Assembly (NCBI GenBank): GCA_964016885.1
Contig: CAXHJY010000254.1
Coordinates: 62,001-126,000 of the forward strand
Length of the DNA stretch: 64,000 nt
From: Eledone cirrhosa
Lineage: Eukaryota
Direction: 5' to 3'
The translations under genes were made by a program, and so were the position numbers. This document shows, in pieces, positions 16,985 to 29,556 of the stretch; the stretch's first letter is position 1, and the number at the start of each line of letters is the position of its first letter. The notes under the pieces were generated by a model that saw nothing but the letters and a program-made list of their open reading frames with translations, did no database searches and was not told the DNA's origin.

Positions 16985-18032
16985 GAGGAAGAAGTTTCCT
17001 GTTTAGAAGACTGTTGGTGACTGTAGTAGTGGTTATTTTTATGTAGGTTATGGTTTTTGTTTTTGCTTTTATTTTTAATTTTATTTTCATTTGTCCGACG
17101 GGTCCCCGGGAGATGGGTAAAGGGACAATCCCGGTCTAAACACAATCTGTCTCGCAGGGAAAAGCGGCAGATTTGTGGATTCCTTGTTTGAGTTATTGGT
17201 GGTTGTGTTGGTGTTAAATTAGAGTATGTATTATGGTGGTGGCTGTTTGTGGGGATAGATCGTTTTGTCCTAGGTAAATGGGTGAATTTGCAGCCACTAT
17301 CCGTACATATTCTATAGCGTAGAGAGTAGCGGCAAATTATGGGGTTTCGAGTGGGTGGGTATGTGGGTGTGTGTGTTGTGAGAGGTGTAGATGATGGTTT
17401 GAGTAGGATTTGACGACCTTTGTGGACTGTGGGAGGGAGAGTTCTTGTACTTGTATTAGAAGGTAAATTCCTTGAGATACAGTAGCCAAAGATGTTGTAG
17501 TAGTAGTAGTAGTAGTAGGCAGAGAAGAAGATGTTGGCAGTGGTGATGATTGGACTGCTGGGCCAGAGAAAGGATGTGACGTTTCCTGCTGTGAGACAGA
17601 GGCTACTGGGAGGTCAATAGTTTCATTTAGTAGATCGGCCATTGTTGATGAATCAAGGAGTGGTTCACACTGTTGTTGTTGTTGTCGTCGTTGTTGTTGT
17701 TGTTGCTGTTGTTGATGTTGTTGTTGTAGCTGTTGTTGTTGTTGCCGTTGTAGCTGTTGTTGTTGCTGCTGCTGGACAGCATTCGAAGAAAAAACACACC
17801 GTAGTTTATCCAAATGTTTATTGATTAATTTAAAAACAATTTCGATTTGCTTTAATTTATTTTGAATCTGTTGTTCAGATCGAGTTTTCAAAAGTTGAAC
17901 TGTACGTTTAGCAATGTCGTTCAGACATGAAGCATCTATGTCTTCTGTTTGGGTAAGGCAATGCCATGTGTTTATTAGAATGTCGATTTCATTATCAGAC
18001 CAGTTCTGTTTGGATTTTTTTTGGTTAGCCAT
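16873..18032 (-). CDS. LINE ORF1: Myb/SANT-like N-terminus, polyQ, two CCCH zinc fingers (one frameshift near 17470)
   Basis: WSDNEIDILINTW...RSEQQIQNKLK; CRYSLRYRICTDSGCKFTH and CRFSLRDRLCLDRDCPFTH in the downstream frame. Confidence 0.75.
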
Positions 18033-18150
18033 TCTAGTTTTGAGTGTGTGTGTTTTAGTTAAGTATTTCAATATATATATATTTTTTTATTTATTTTTGT
18101 TTTTTGTTTTTCTTGTGTGTGAGTGAGAAGAGTATATATATAAATATGAG

Positions 18151-18197
<47 letters not shown>

Positions 18198-18286
18198 TCT
18201 GGTTATTTGAAATTAATTAAATTAATGAAAAGACGAAAGTATATAATAATAATTTGTAGTTAAAGGAAAATGTACTCACAAGTTGG

Positions 18287-19150
<864 letters not shown>

Positions 19151-19235
19151 ATGATGGCTGCCCCCTCGTTATCGAGTATGGCCATTGCACGAGAAGAAAA
19201 AAAAATAAAAATTAAATTAAAAAAAAATAAAATAA

Positions 19236-19286
<51 letters not shown>

Positions 19287-20484
19287 AATAAAAAAAAAAA
19301 GAAATATATATATATATATATATACATACATATATACATACACACATACATACACACACACACACACATACACACACACACATACATTAATAACAACAAT
19401 AATAATAATAATAATAGCAATAATAATAATAACGACAACAACAATAATAATATACATATTCATATATATATACACACACGCGCACGTACATAAGCATATC
19501 TACACACACACACACACACACACGATAACAACTAACAGTGCTGCGATCGAATGTGGCTTTTTAGCCCAGCCAATGATCTACAATGTCTTGCACAGAGTCG
19601 GCAACCAAAACATTCACTGGGAATAGTCGGCTGTGGTTGGAGTTCGTGTACTTTTGCATGTCGCTTGAGCCCTCCTGCTGATTTACATTCTCTACCACAT
19701 GTTTGGCAAGCATGATGAGTAGCATCTCCAACAGCAGCCTGGTAGTCAACCACTCGTCTTACTTTATGACTGCGAAGATGACTTTCGAGTCCAGCTTTGC
19801 TTAGGCAGAGTCTTGCACAGACGCTGCATGTCAGCACCATAGAGGACCCTCGCCGTCTGGAAGTGCAACAGCAATTCCCTTCCTCACATCCCGCTTTACT
19901 TTCTCGTGTGCGATTCGAAATGCCTCAAAGGCAACTTTTCCCTCATATACAGTCTTTCTCCATTTATTACGATCAGCAGCAATATTTTCCCATGTATCAG
20001 CAGAGATGTTAGCGTCTTTCAGAGAGGCTTTCAAGGAATCCTTATACCTCTTTTTTGGTTTATGTGGCGGTCGTTTTCCTTTAACCAACTCTCCATAGAA
20101 GAGTTGTTTTGGTATTCTAGAATCCTTCATCCTGGCAAGGTGACCACTCCAACGGAGTCGTTGCTTAAGCACAAGAGCTTCTATACTGTCACACATAGAG
20201 CTTTCCAAAATCTCGACATCACTGATGTGGTCCCTCCAGTGAACGCCATGGATCCGTCTGAGACACATCTGATGGAAACGCTCCAATTGCTTAAGGTGGT
20301 GTCGATATGTGACCCAGGTCTCGCAGGCATAAAGAAGACAAGAGAGTACACATGCCCTGTACACCTTTATCTTTGTCCTCCTGCATATGTCTCGCTGACC
20401 CCAGAGTCGCCTTTTTAGCTTTCCGAAAGCACCACTTGCTTTCCTAATCCTAAGGTTGCCGTATCGATTGACAGTGCTTCCCAT
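19151..20484 (-). mobile_element. 5'-truncated RTE LINE with three C-terminal C2H2 fingers and a microsatellite-rich 3' UTR
   Basis: RIRKASGAFGKL, LLYACETW, RLRWSGHLARM, PKQLFYGEL; three CxxC-x12-H-x3/4-H; terminal stem GGCCATACTCGATAACGAGGGGGCAGCC. Confidence 0.88.
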
Positions 20485-20915
20485 GGCTAAAATTCAAATT
20501 TTGCAAAGAGAAGAAAACGGTCAAATGAACTAGATACATCTCACTGTCCCCACCACCACAATAACGTCTACACTCTCTCCCCACCATCACATGTCATTAC
20601 CATACCATACCCTATCTAGACTAAAGTCATCGTCTTGTCAAACTCTCTACTCTCTGTTGAATGTGTATATATATATATATATGTGTGTGTATGTATATGT
20701 GTGTATATACATCACTCAGTCAAACGACCAGATTTCAACCCCAACATCTACAACAACAACAACACCGGCACTAATGTTTACAGCAACAACAGCTTCAGAA
20801 TGAACTGAAATGAACATTTACAACAACAGCGGCATCAAAACATAAAAAAGGGAAGGGAAAAGAAAAGAAAAGAAAAGAAAAGGGAAGGAAAAAAAAAAAA
20901 AAAACTCAAAATAAC

Positions 20916-20996
<81 letters not shown>

Positions 20997-21094
20997 CACA
21001 ACAACAACATCAACTGCCACCACCACCACCACCACCACCGCCACCGCCGCCGCCATCACCATCACCAGCGACCGGGCCTTAAGAAAACAACTTT

Positions 21095-21290
21095 AATAAT
21101 AATTTTCTGCTTTTGGCACGGATCCAGCGACTGGCCCAGCGCATCACTGGAACTCTCTTTTGTTGACTTCGTGGGGATGAAGGGCAAGGTTGATCTCGGC
21201 GGGATTTAAGCTCAGAGCGTGGGGAGCCATAACTCTATGCTGTAAAGCAATTATAATAATACTGGACTGTAATACGATCGGCTTCAACTA
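21095..21290 (-). mobile_element. Old, diverged SINE remnant
   Basis: GGATGAAGGGCAAGGTTGATCTCGGCGGGATTTAAGCTCAGAGCG resembles from memory a common octopus tRNA-SINE body (not searched). Confidence 0.5.
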
Positions 21291-21643
21291 TACAAACTCT
21301 TGAAAGTCAACAGTTGACATAATCTTGTAATCTTGTATCAGTAATGACGGTAATATATATATATATATATATGTGTGCGTGCGTGTAAGTGAGTAGAGTA
21401 GCGTGTGTGTGTGTTTGTTTGTATGTATGTGTTGCTGTGTGCGCGCATATGTATGCGTGTGTGTGTATGTCGTACGTATAAGTGTCAATAAGTGAGTTTT
21501 TTTTTTTTTTTTTTTGCGCGGGGACATAGAAATAATCGGGCTGGATGCCCGATCGCGCAGTTAAACCACTGGGAGTGAAGAATCCCTAGCCCTTGTCAGG
21601 GCATTCTTCTAGGACATATATATATACATATATATATACATAC

Positions 21644-21700
<57 letters not shown>

Positions 21701-21701
21701 C

Positions 21702-21750
<49 letters not shown>

Positions 21751-21813
21751 CACATATATATATATATATATATATATAATAAATAACAAAGAACGCCTAT
21801 AGCATATGCATAT

Positions 21814-21871
21814 CTTTACTTGCTAACATTGTTTCATCCGCACTATAAGTGGGACTCATCAGAGCATAAAG
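21814..21871 (-). ncRNA. Type I hammerhead ribozyme (family E), inverted pLTR copy
   Basis: Reverse complement of 22679-22736. Confidence 0.85.
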
Positions 21872-22678
21872 GTTAATTACATACCATACAAGCAATAACA
21901 AATCCAAGACATTGAAGAATGAAAGATAATAATAGACGATAAAGGATATTAAGGAAGTAAAAGTAAAAATAAAGATAAGAATAAAAATAAAAGTAAAAAT
22001 AAAAATAAAAATAAGAATAAGATAATAAAATAAACAATGAAAAATAAGCAATGAAAAATAAGGGGTGCTATCAGTCACAGTTGGGCGGGGTGCTGTCAAC
22101 ATATAGTTACATACAAGCATACACATGGATAAGAGAACAGACAAGAGTAGATAAGATAGATGGGATTAGGTAAGAGTAGGTAAAAAATAGGTGAAAAACA
22201 TTATATTATATTATGTTCTATTTATATAATTTTTAATTTTAATTTTATATTATTTTATCTCATTCCTTACCCTGTATCACTATTATCTGTATATTTTATA
22301 TTTTATATGTAAGTTTGTTATGTATTTCTTTATATTTTCTTATATATATTATAAGTCTGTTTTTCACCTATTTTTTACCTACTCTTACCTAATCCCATCT
22401 ATCTTATCTACTCTTGTCTGTTCTCTTATCCATGTGTATGCTTGTATGTAACTATATGTTGACAGCACCCCGCCCAACTGTGACTGATAGCACCCCTTAT
22501 TTTTCATTGTTTATTTTATTATCTTATTCTTATTTTTATTTTTATTTTTATTTTTACTTTTATTTTTATTCTTATCTTTATTTTTACTTTTACTTCCTTA
22601 ATATCCTTTATCGTCTATTATTATCTTTCATTCTTCAATGTCTTGGATTTGTTATTGCTTGTATGGTATGTAATTAAC

Positions 22679-22736
22679 CTTTATGCTCTGATGAGTCCCA
22701 CTTATAGTGCGGATGAAACAATGTTAGCAAGTAAAG
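22679..22736 (+). ncRNA. Type I hammerhead ribozyme (family E)
   Basis: CUUUA UGCU-CUGAUGA-GUCC CACU UAU AGUG C GGAU-GAAA-CAAUG-UU-AGCA AG UAAAG. Confidence 0.87.
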
Positions 22737-22938
22737 ATATGCATATGCTATAGGCGTTCTTTGTTATTTATTATATTACGGCTCTGTCCTCAGACATTGA
22801 GCTAACCTTATACTGCCTGCTGGATAAGTGGTGTGTTATACACCCCTGATCCTTTCCCTAGTATACTATACGGCTCCCACTGGTTGAGCTTAAACTTTGA
22901 TATACGCGGATTTGTGTCCTTGTATATTATCAGGCAGT

Positions 22939-25427
22939 ATGCTAACAAAGACATACTTACCCATTTCCTTGAAGAATATTCCCACCCCCCTAAAATCTCA
23001 TATGAGAAATCATTGATAACTAGCATAAACTCATTCGTAAAACGTGTTCGGTGGCGTGCGTTCCACTTTGATAAGAAGTATGATAGCCCTGAAGAGAGGC
23101 GTAGTTTTAATAATTATGGATTTAAGACCTATAGGAGCCCCCCGCATAATAGCCTGTTGGATAACTTCGAAAGTGAGCTATTATCCCTTGTTAGGAATAT
23201 TAGATATAAAAAATCTAGATGTACCAATAAATTTCAGAGTAAACTAAGTTCAATCGTTAGGGACTTTAGGGATAATAAATCCATTCTGGTCCCCTCTGAC
23301 AAAACTAAAAACTTATATAGTATGGATTATAAAACCTATCGAGGCTTCATTTATAATGAACTACATAGGAACTACAAAAAAACAACGCAGAGTAATTTAG
23401 ATAATATTAATCTGGAGGGGTATAACATAGTGGTAAAACTAGGTCTGGATAAACACACTCAGCCTTATTACCCCAAGCAGCCTAGATTCACCCTCAAGGA
23501 CCACAAGGAAGATTTTATTAGTAGACCCTCAGTTAGGCTTATCTGCCCCTCCAAGTCTGACCTGGGGATTATTAGTAAGGGAATCTTGGATAGCGTTATT
23601 CCCCTGGTTAGAGAAAAAACTTTCCTTGAGCTTTGGGGTAACACTAGTGAGGTCATTACGTGGTTCTCTACGGATTGTGGTCGTGACTCACTAAAATTCA
23701 TCCAATTTGATATTGATGCTTATTATACATCTATATCTCCTATTATCCTCAATAAGGCCCTCATCCTAGCCATGCAGAGGGGGGCAATTACTAGGCCACA
23801 GATAGATATTGTTCTCGCTGCACGTAAAACCATTATCATGTTTGAGGATAATCTATGGACGAGAAAAAACACACCTGATAATTTTGACATTACTATGGGG
23901 TCGAGTGACTCTGCTCAAGTCACCGACTTAGTTGGGCTATACCTCCTCAATGAACTGCATAGTAACTTCCCTTTCCTTAGGGGCGGGTTGTACCGGGATG
24001 ACGCCCTACTCTCCATAGATACTAGTAAGTATAATATAGTGCGCATTAGGAAAAAGCTGCATAGCTTTTTTAAAACATTTAACCTATCCATTACTATGGA
24101 TGTAAATGATAGAACTGTGAACTTCCTGGATGTTACACTGGACTTGGATAACCATACGTACACACCGTACCATAAGCCTAATGAATTGCTGACTTACGTG
24201 AATACCAACTCCAACCACCCTAGGTCTGTCATCAGCGGTATACTGAAGGGCGTATCTAACAGAATAAGTTCACTCTCACATAGTGAGGAGGCGTTTGACT
24301 CGCAAGCTGATTACTATAACGACGCCTTAGCTAGATCCGGCTTTAGGGACAAATTGTATTACACCCAGGGAAATAATGGTCCTAATAGTAGCTCTACCAG
24401 TGTTGTTATAACACATAATATGTCCATTGGTAATCGAGGTGTCGCGAATGGGAGGGTTCTAAATGCCGGTGGAATGAAGCAGCAGGGCACCATTAGTCTA
24501 AGTAATAACAATAGAGGTGTCGTGAACGGGAGGTTTCTAGATGCCGGTGGAATGAACCAGCAGGGCACCATTAGTCTAAGTAATAGCAATGGTAGGCCTC
24601 GCAGCTCCCCGCATAGACTAGGTGAGCATAGGAACCGTAGAAATAATAATGCTAATAATACTGATGGAAATAGAAAGAATAAAAAGAATAGAAGAAGATT
24701 GAATACATACTTCAACCCCCCTTTTAATTCTGAAGTGGCTATAAATATTCCTAGGGCCTTCTTCTCTGTGTTAGAAAGGAACTTCCCTCCTGGTAATAGG
24801 TACCACTCTATCCTCAATAAGAATGTTGTTAAACTTTCGTATTCTACAACCCAAAATCTGGCCTCTCATCTGGCCATTACTAATAATAAGAAAATAAAGG
24901 AAGGCCTGGACAACCTAAGCCTAGGGGAAAACACGGTAGTGGACAGAGCGGGCAGAAACACTAGTGGTGATCATTCTGAGAATAGCATCACCAGAGGTTG
25001 TAACTGTAGAAGGGCTTCAGGCTGCCCCCTGAATGGTTTCTGCCTTGTTAGAAACATAGTTTATGCGTGTGATGTAGTAACTACGGCGTCCACTAAGACC
25101 TATATAGGATCAACCTCCACCCCCTTTAAGACCAGGTTTAACTCTCATCAATGCACTTTTAGACATAATAAACTGAGGAACTCCACCTCCTTGGCAGCGT
25201 ACGTCCATAATTTAAAAAATGCACGAACACGTTACACACTTACTTGGCGGCAGGTTGCTAAATCCCATCCATATACTCCTCATAATAGAGTATGTAACCT
25301 ATGCCTTGCCGAATCCCACTCTATTATATTTGCTAAATGCCCTCTACTAAATAGAAAGTCTGAAATATTTTCCTCTTGCCCCCACCGAATATTAAGCTCT
25401 TTCTTCTACTTTAAACCTGTTAGCTAG
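22939..25427 (+). CDS. PLE reverse transcriptase with C-terminal GIY-YIG endonuclease; probable start ATG 22939 with a 1-nt frameshift in the C run at 22985-22990
   Basis: SLKNIP.P / KRVRWRA, SDKTKNLY, FDIDAYY, ITMGSSDSAQ, LYRDD, NFLDVTL, CNC..CPL..C, IVY..TYIGST..FKTR..H, CNLC. Confidence 0.92.
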
Positions 25428-27002
25428 CACTTCCTTATTCCTCCAGTTGGGCTGTCTTGTGTAACTGTCTCTGACTGTGTGTAACTGTCTCCTATTGTTG
25501 GTCGTCTATGTATACGAGTCGGTGAATGTATACGTATGCCTGTGGGAGGATATTGATCTGGATATTGGGGTGTGCAGGTGAGTGGGTGTGTATGTTAATA
25601 AGCACCCCTGTTTGGCACAGTGGATGTAACCCATCCACGCTCGCCTACCCACCATTGGTGCATCGGTGGGTCTATCCTGACGTATATCTTGTTGATCTGT
25701 ACCTCTGTATGCGCATGAGTTGTGATGTAATGTATTTATGTAAAGCGTGTACTGCGATTTAGGCTGCACTAGTAGAAATTTAGCCTGTAACTGTGGGCGG
25801 ACCCGTGCCATCCCGCCGTAAGCAGTGGATACGTAGCGCATGTACGTGTTGCCCTCACATTCTGTGGTTCAAGATCTACAGGCTGACCTCTGGGAGCTCC
25901 TGCCCGGGGTTGTAGTCTTTCTAGCACGATCGGCCTTCCATATATGGACGGTCGTTGTTATGATCCCGAAAGTAACGTTTTGGCCCCGATAGCCCTCCGT
26001 AGTTACTAACGGTCTGTGTACACTTGAATCGGGCAATGGCACGTGCGGACATGAATATCTCCGTAGGATTTCAACTTTATTTTACTACATCTCATCGTAT
26101 GTATTTATTTTGAATGTATTACCTGTGGTGGTGGGACTGGTCTAATGTGGTATTTCGGTGTTTAATATCAGCTTTGACCCGGGTGTCCTACGCTGTGTGT
26201 GTGTGCGTGTGTGTCCGTGTATACATTTATATGTGTATGGGTGTAGGTGGTTGTATGTGTCTGTATATAAAAAAATATATATATATATATATGTATACCG
26301 TCTCTGCATATGCATGTGGTGTGTATATGTGCATATACGTGCTGAAGATATTGATGTGTACAATCTTGTGATGTCCCAATGCGGTGACTTAATGGCTCTT
26401 GAAGCTATTTTTTATATATCTTCTGTCTTTTTATATATCTTTTGTATGCGCTACAACTGTGTCTGCTTGCTTTGGCTAACCCGCCTGCACCTCGCTTTGC
26501 TAATGCACGTGAATTCTTCTACCTCCTTCGATGCACCTCTCTCTGACCATTGGACTCCTGCCCGGGTGTGAACCGGTTTGTGATTACCCCACCGCTCAAC
26601 TGTGTGAATGCACACCCGTGACTGTCGAGTGAACTTTTGAGACTGCCCAACCTGGGACGCCTCCATTGCCTTGCAATGGTCAAGTGATACTGGTGACTGT
26701 GACACTTAGTGCCTTCGTGGGCCCCTCATGTTTTCAAGAAATATATTTTTAAAAAATGGTCAAGTGATACACATAACTGTGACACTTAGTGCCTTCGTGG
26801 GCCCCTGATATATTCAAGAGATATATTCTAAAAAAATATATATCTTATCTCAATTTACTTTATTTCATTTTATTTTATTTTATTTTATTTCATTTCATGT
26901 TATCTAATTTTATTTATTTACTTATTTAACTCCATTTATTTATTTATTTATTTAAATTTAAATTTAAATTTAAATTTTATTTATTTATTTAATATTTAAT
27001 TT

Positions 27003-27042
<40 letters not shown>

Positions 27043-27617
27043 TTACATTTAATTACATTTAATTATATCTTATATTATATTATTTTAATTTAGTCTATGT
27101 TATTTGATTTTAGTTTACCTTATTTTATCTTATTTTACGATTATATTATATTATGTTCTATTTATATAATTTTTAATTTTAATTTTATATTATTTTATCT
27201 CATTCCTTACCCTGTATCACTATTATCTGTATATTTTATATTTTATATGTAAGTTTGTTATGTATTTCTTTATATTTTCTTATATATATTATAAGTCTGT
27301 ATTCACCTATTTTTTACCTACTCTTACCTAATCCCATCTATCTTATCTACTCTTGTCTGTTCTCTTATCCATGTGTATGCTTGTATGTAACTATATGTTG
27401 ACAGCACCCCGCCCAACTGTGACTGATAGCACCCCTTATTTTTCATTGTTTATTTTATTATCTTATTCTTATTTTTATTTTTATTTTTATTTTTACTTTT
27501 ATTTTTATTCTTATCTTTATTTTTACTTTTACTTCCTTAATATCCTTTATCGTCTATTATTATCTTTCATTCTTCAATGTCTTGGATTTGTTATTGCTTG
27601 TATGGTATGTAATTAAC

Positions 27618-27675
27618 CTTTATGCTCTGATGAGTCCCACTTATAGTGCGGATGAAACAATGTTAGCAAGTAAAG
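27618..27675 (+). ncRNA. Family E hammerhead in the 3' pLTR
   Basis: Identical to 22679-22736. Confidence 0.87.
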
Positions 27676-27826
27676 ATATGCATATGCTATAGGCGTTCTT
27701 TGTTATTTATTATATTACGGCTCTGTCCTCAGACATTGAGCTAACCTTATACTGCCTGCTGGATAAGTGAAGTGTTATACACCCCTGATCCTTTCCCTAG
27801 TATACTATATATATATATATACATAC

Positions 27827-27889
<63 letters not shown>

Positions 27890-28140
27890 CATATATGTAT
27901 GTATGTATATATGTATGTATGTATATATATATATATATATACATACATACATACATACATATATATATATATATATTAGAAATTGGAATAAATGCTCTGA
28001 AATAGCGATATATATGTGAATATAGACATAGAATATTCGAAAATATTCTGTATGTTTATAATAAACATTTTGAAGACCTAATCGCTATAGAATAGAATAC
28101 GTCACGTATTACAATTAGATTCTCGATAAAAGCAAGGGAA

Positions 28141-28183
28141 GTAATCTACGCGTTTCATTCTTGTTAGAATTCATCAGGACTAC
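28141..28183 (-). ncRNA. Minimal type I hammerhead ribozyme (family F)
   Basis: GUAGUC-CUGAUGA-AUUCU AACA AGAAU-GAAA-CGCG-UA-GAUUAC; enclosed by a 15-bp TTCTCGATAAAAGCA/TGCTTTTATCGAGAA stem. Confidence 0.9.
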
Positions 28184-28450
28184 ATATCCAGTGCTTTTAT
28201 CGAGAATGACACAGCTAGAGACTTATAGAATACTTAGCTGTGTACAGGAACTGGTTTGAAAGAGCGGTTGCCGGTCCGGCAGAAATTAGAAATTGGAATA
28301 AATGCTCTGAAATAGCGATATATATGTGAATATAGACATAGAATATTCGAAAATATTCTGTATGTTTATAATAAACATTTTGAAGACCTAATCGCTATAG
28401 AATAGAATACGTCACGTATTACAATTAGATTCTCGATAAAAGCAAGGGAA

Positions 28451-28493
28451 GTAATCTACGCGTTTCATTCTTGTTAGAATTCATCAGGACTAC
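28451..28493 (-). ncRNA. Family F hammerhead, second copy
   Basis: Identical motif 310 bp away. Confidence 0.9.
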
Positions 28494-28935
28494 ATATCCA
28501 GTGCTTTTATCGAGAATGACACAGCTAGAGACTTATACATACATATATACATACATACGTATATATATACATACGTATATATATACATACATATATATAT
28601 ACATATATATATATATACATATATATATACATATATATATACATACATATATACATACATATATATATATACATATATATATATACATACATATATACAT
28701 ACATATATATATATACATATATATATATACATACATATATATATACATATATATATATACATACATATATATATACATATATATATATACATATATATAT
28801 ATACATACATATATATATATATACATACATATATATATATACATATATATATATACATACATATATGTATATATATATATATATATACATACATATATAT
28901 ATACATATATATACATACATATATATATATATAAA

Positions 28936-29337
28936 TATAACGGGTTTAGGGTCAATTCTTAATATACATAATAGAGATCAGAAGGCATTTAGAACATTGA
29001 CTAAATCCATTATCGATGTTGTAACTCTATTTATTAGTTGTACATGTTGAACGGATATATTAGGTACAGGTCGTATCTACATGTGTAGGATGTAGTTTGG
29101 TCCGCTTCATTGCAAGATGGAGATGTTGTTAGCAACGAGGAGTGTAGCCTGGTCTTGTCGATAAGAGAGGTGCGTGTAGACTAATGTCTCTCTTGGTCAC
29201 CTCCGCTCACACTGGTGACGTAGTTCTGGACAGTCGAATTAGTGCACCGAAGGTTTCGATTGGCTCACACTTCAGCCAACTTACCTCCGTAACACCATTC
29301 CGCCGCAGAAGGAAAATACATTTTATTCACTGCTACA
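28936..29337 (-). repeat. 3' LTR (402 bp)
   Basis: TGTAGC...GTTATA on the minus strand, preceded by purine-rich AAGCAGGGGTGA (PPT). Confidence 0.95.
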
Positions 29338-29556
29338 TCACCCCTGCTTAGGCTTACAGCCGACAGAGAAATAAGGGTAGCAGTTGAATGAAAGAAAAAG
29401 TACTATATAATAGTAAACAATAAAATATATCACTGATAAAGAAATGTTCATATTACAGGAAAGTCAGAAATAGTGTAATGTTCACCTTAGTTCATACATT
29501 TAATACAAATACAAGGGCGGAGCAAACTCCAAGAAGATTGCTGTAAATAACATAGT

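Larger units (their letters stand above)
13773..18132 (-). mobile_element. Near full-length CR1-group LINE inserted in (TA)n
   Basis: ORF1 plus APE-RT ORF2; 3' end with tandem TTCAAAGTTA; (TA)n on both sides. Confidence 0.9.
21774..27809 (+). mobile_element. Full-length PLE: inverted partial pLTR (21774-22200), 5' pLTR (22201-22870), RT-EN ORF, long 3' UTR, 3' pLTR (27141-27809)
   Basis: ~670-bp direct repeats 4939-4940 bp apart; head-to-head inverted copy at the 5' end; HHR in each repeat; (TA)n flanks. Confidence 0.93.
27975..28537 (-). mobile_element. Retrozyme-like partial tandem (310-bp monomer, ~1.8 identical copies)
   Basis: Exact 310-bp period; HHR in each monomer; many hairpins; no ORF; in (TA)n. 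Confidence 0.82.

Noticed and set aside
21527-21615. Hairpins followed by CTAG resembling a Helitron 3' end
   Set aside because: Single occurrence, no T after CTAG, and no matching 5' TC end or Rep/helicase evidence.
26676-26830. 80-bp tandem duplication in the PLE 3' UTR, and other short direct repeats, as CRISPR-like arrays
   Set aside because: Only two units, no unique spacers, and a eukaryotic retroelement context.
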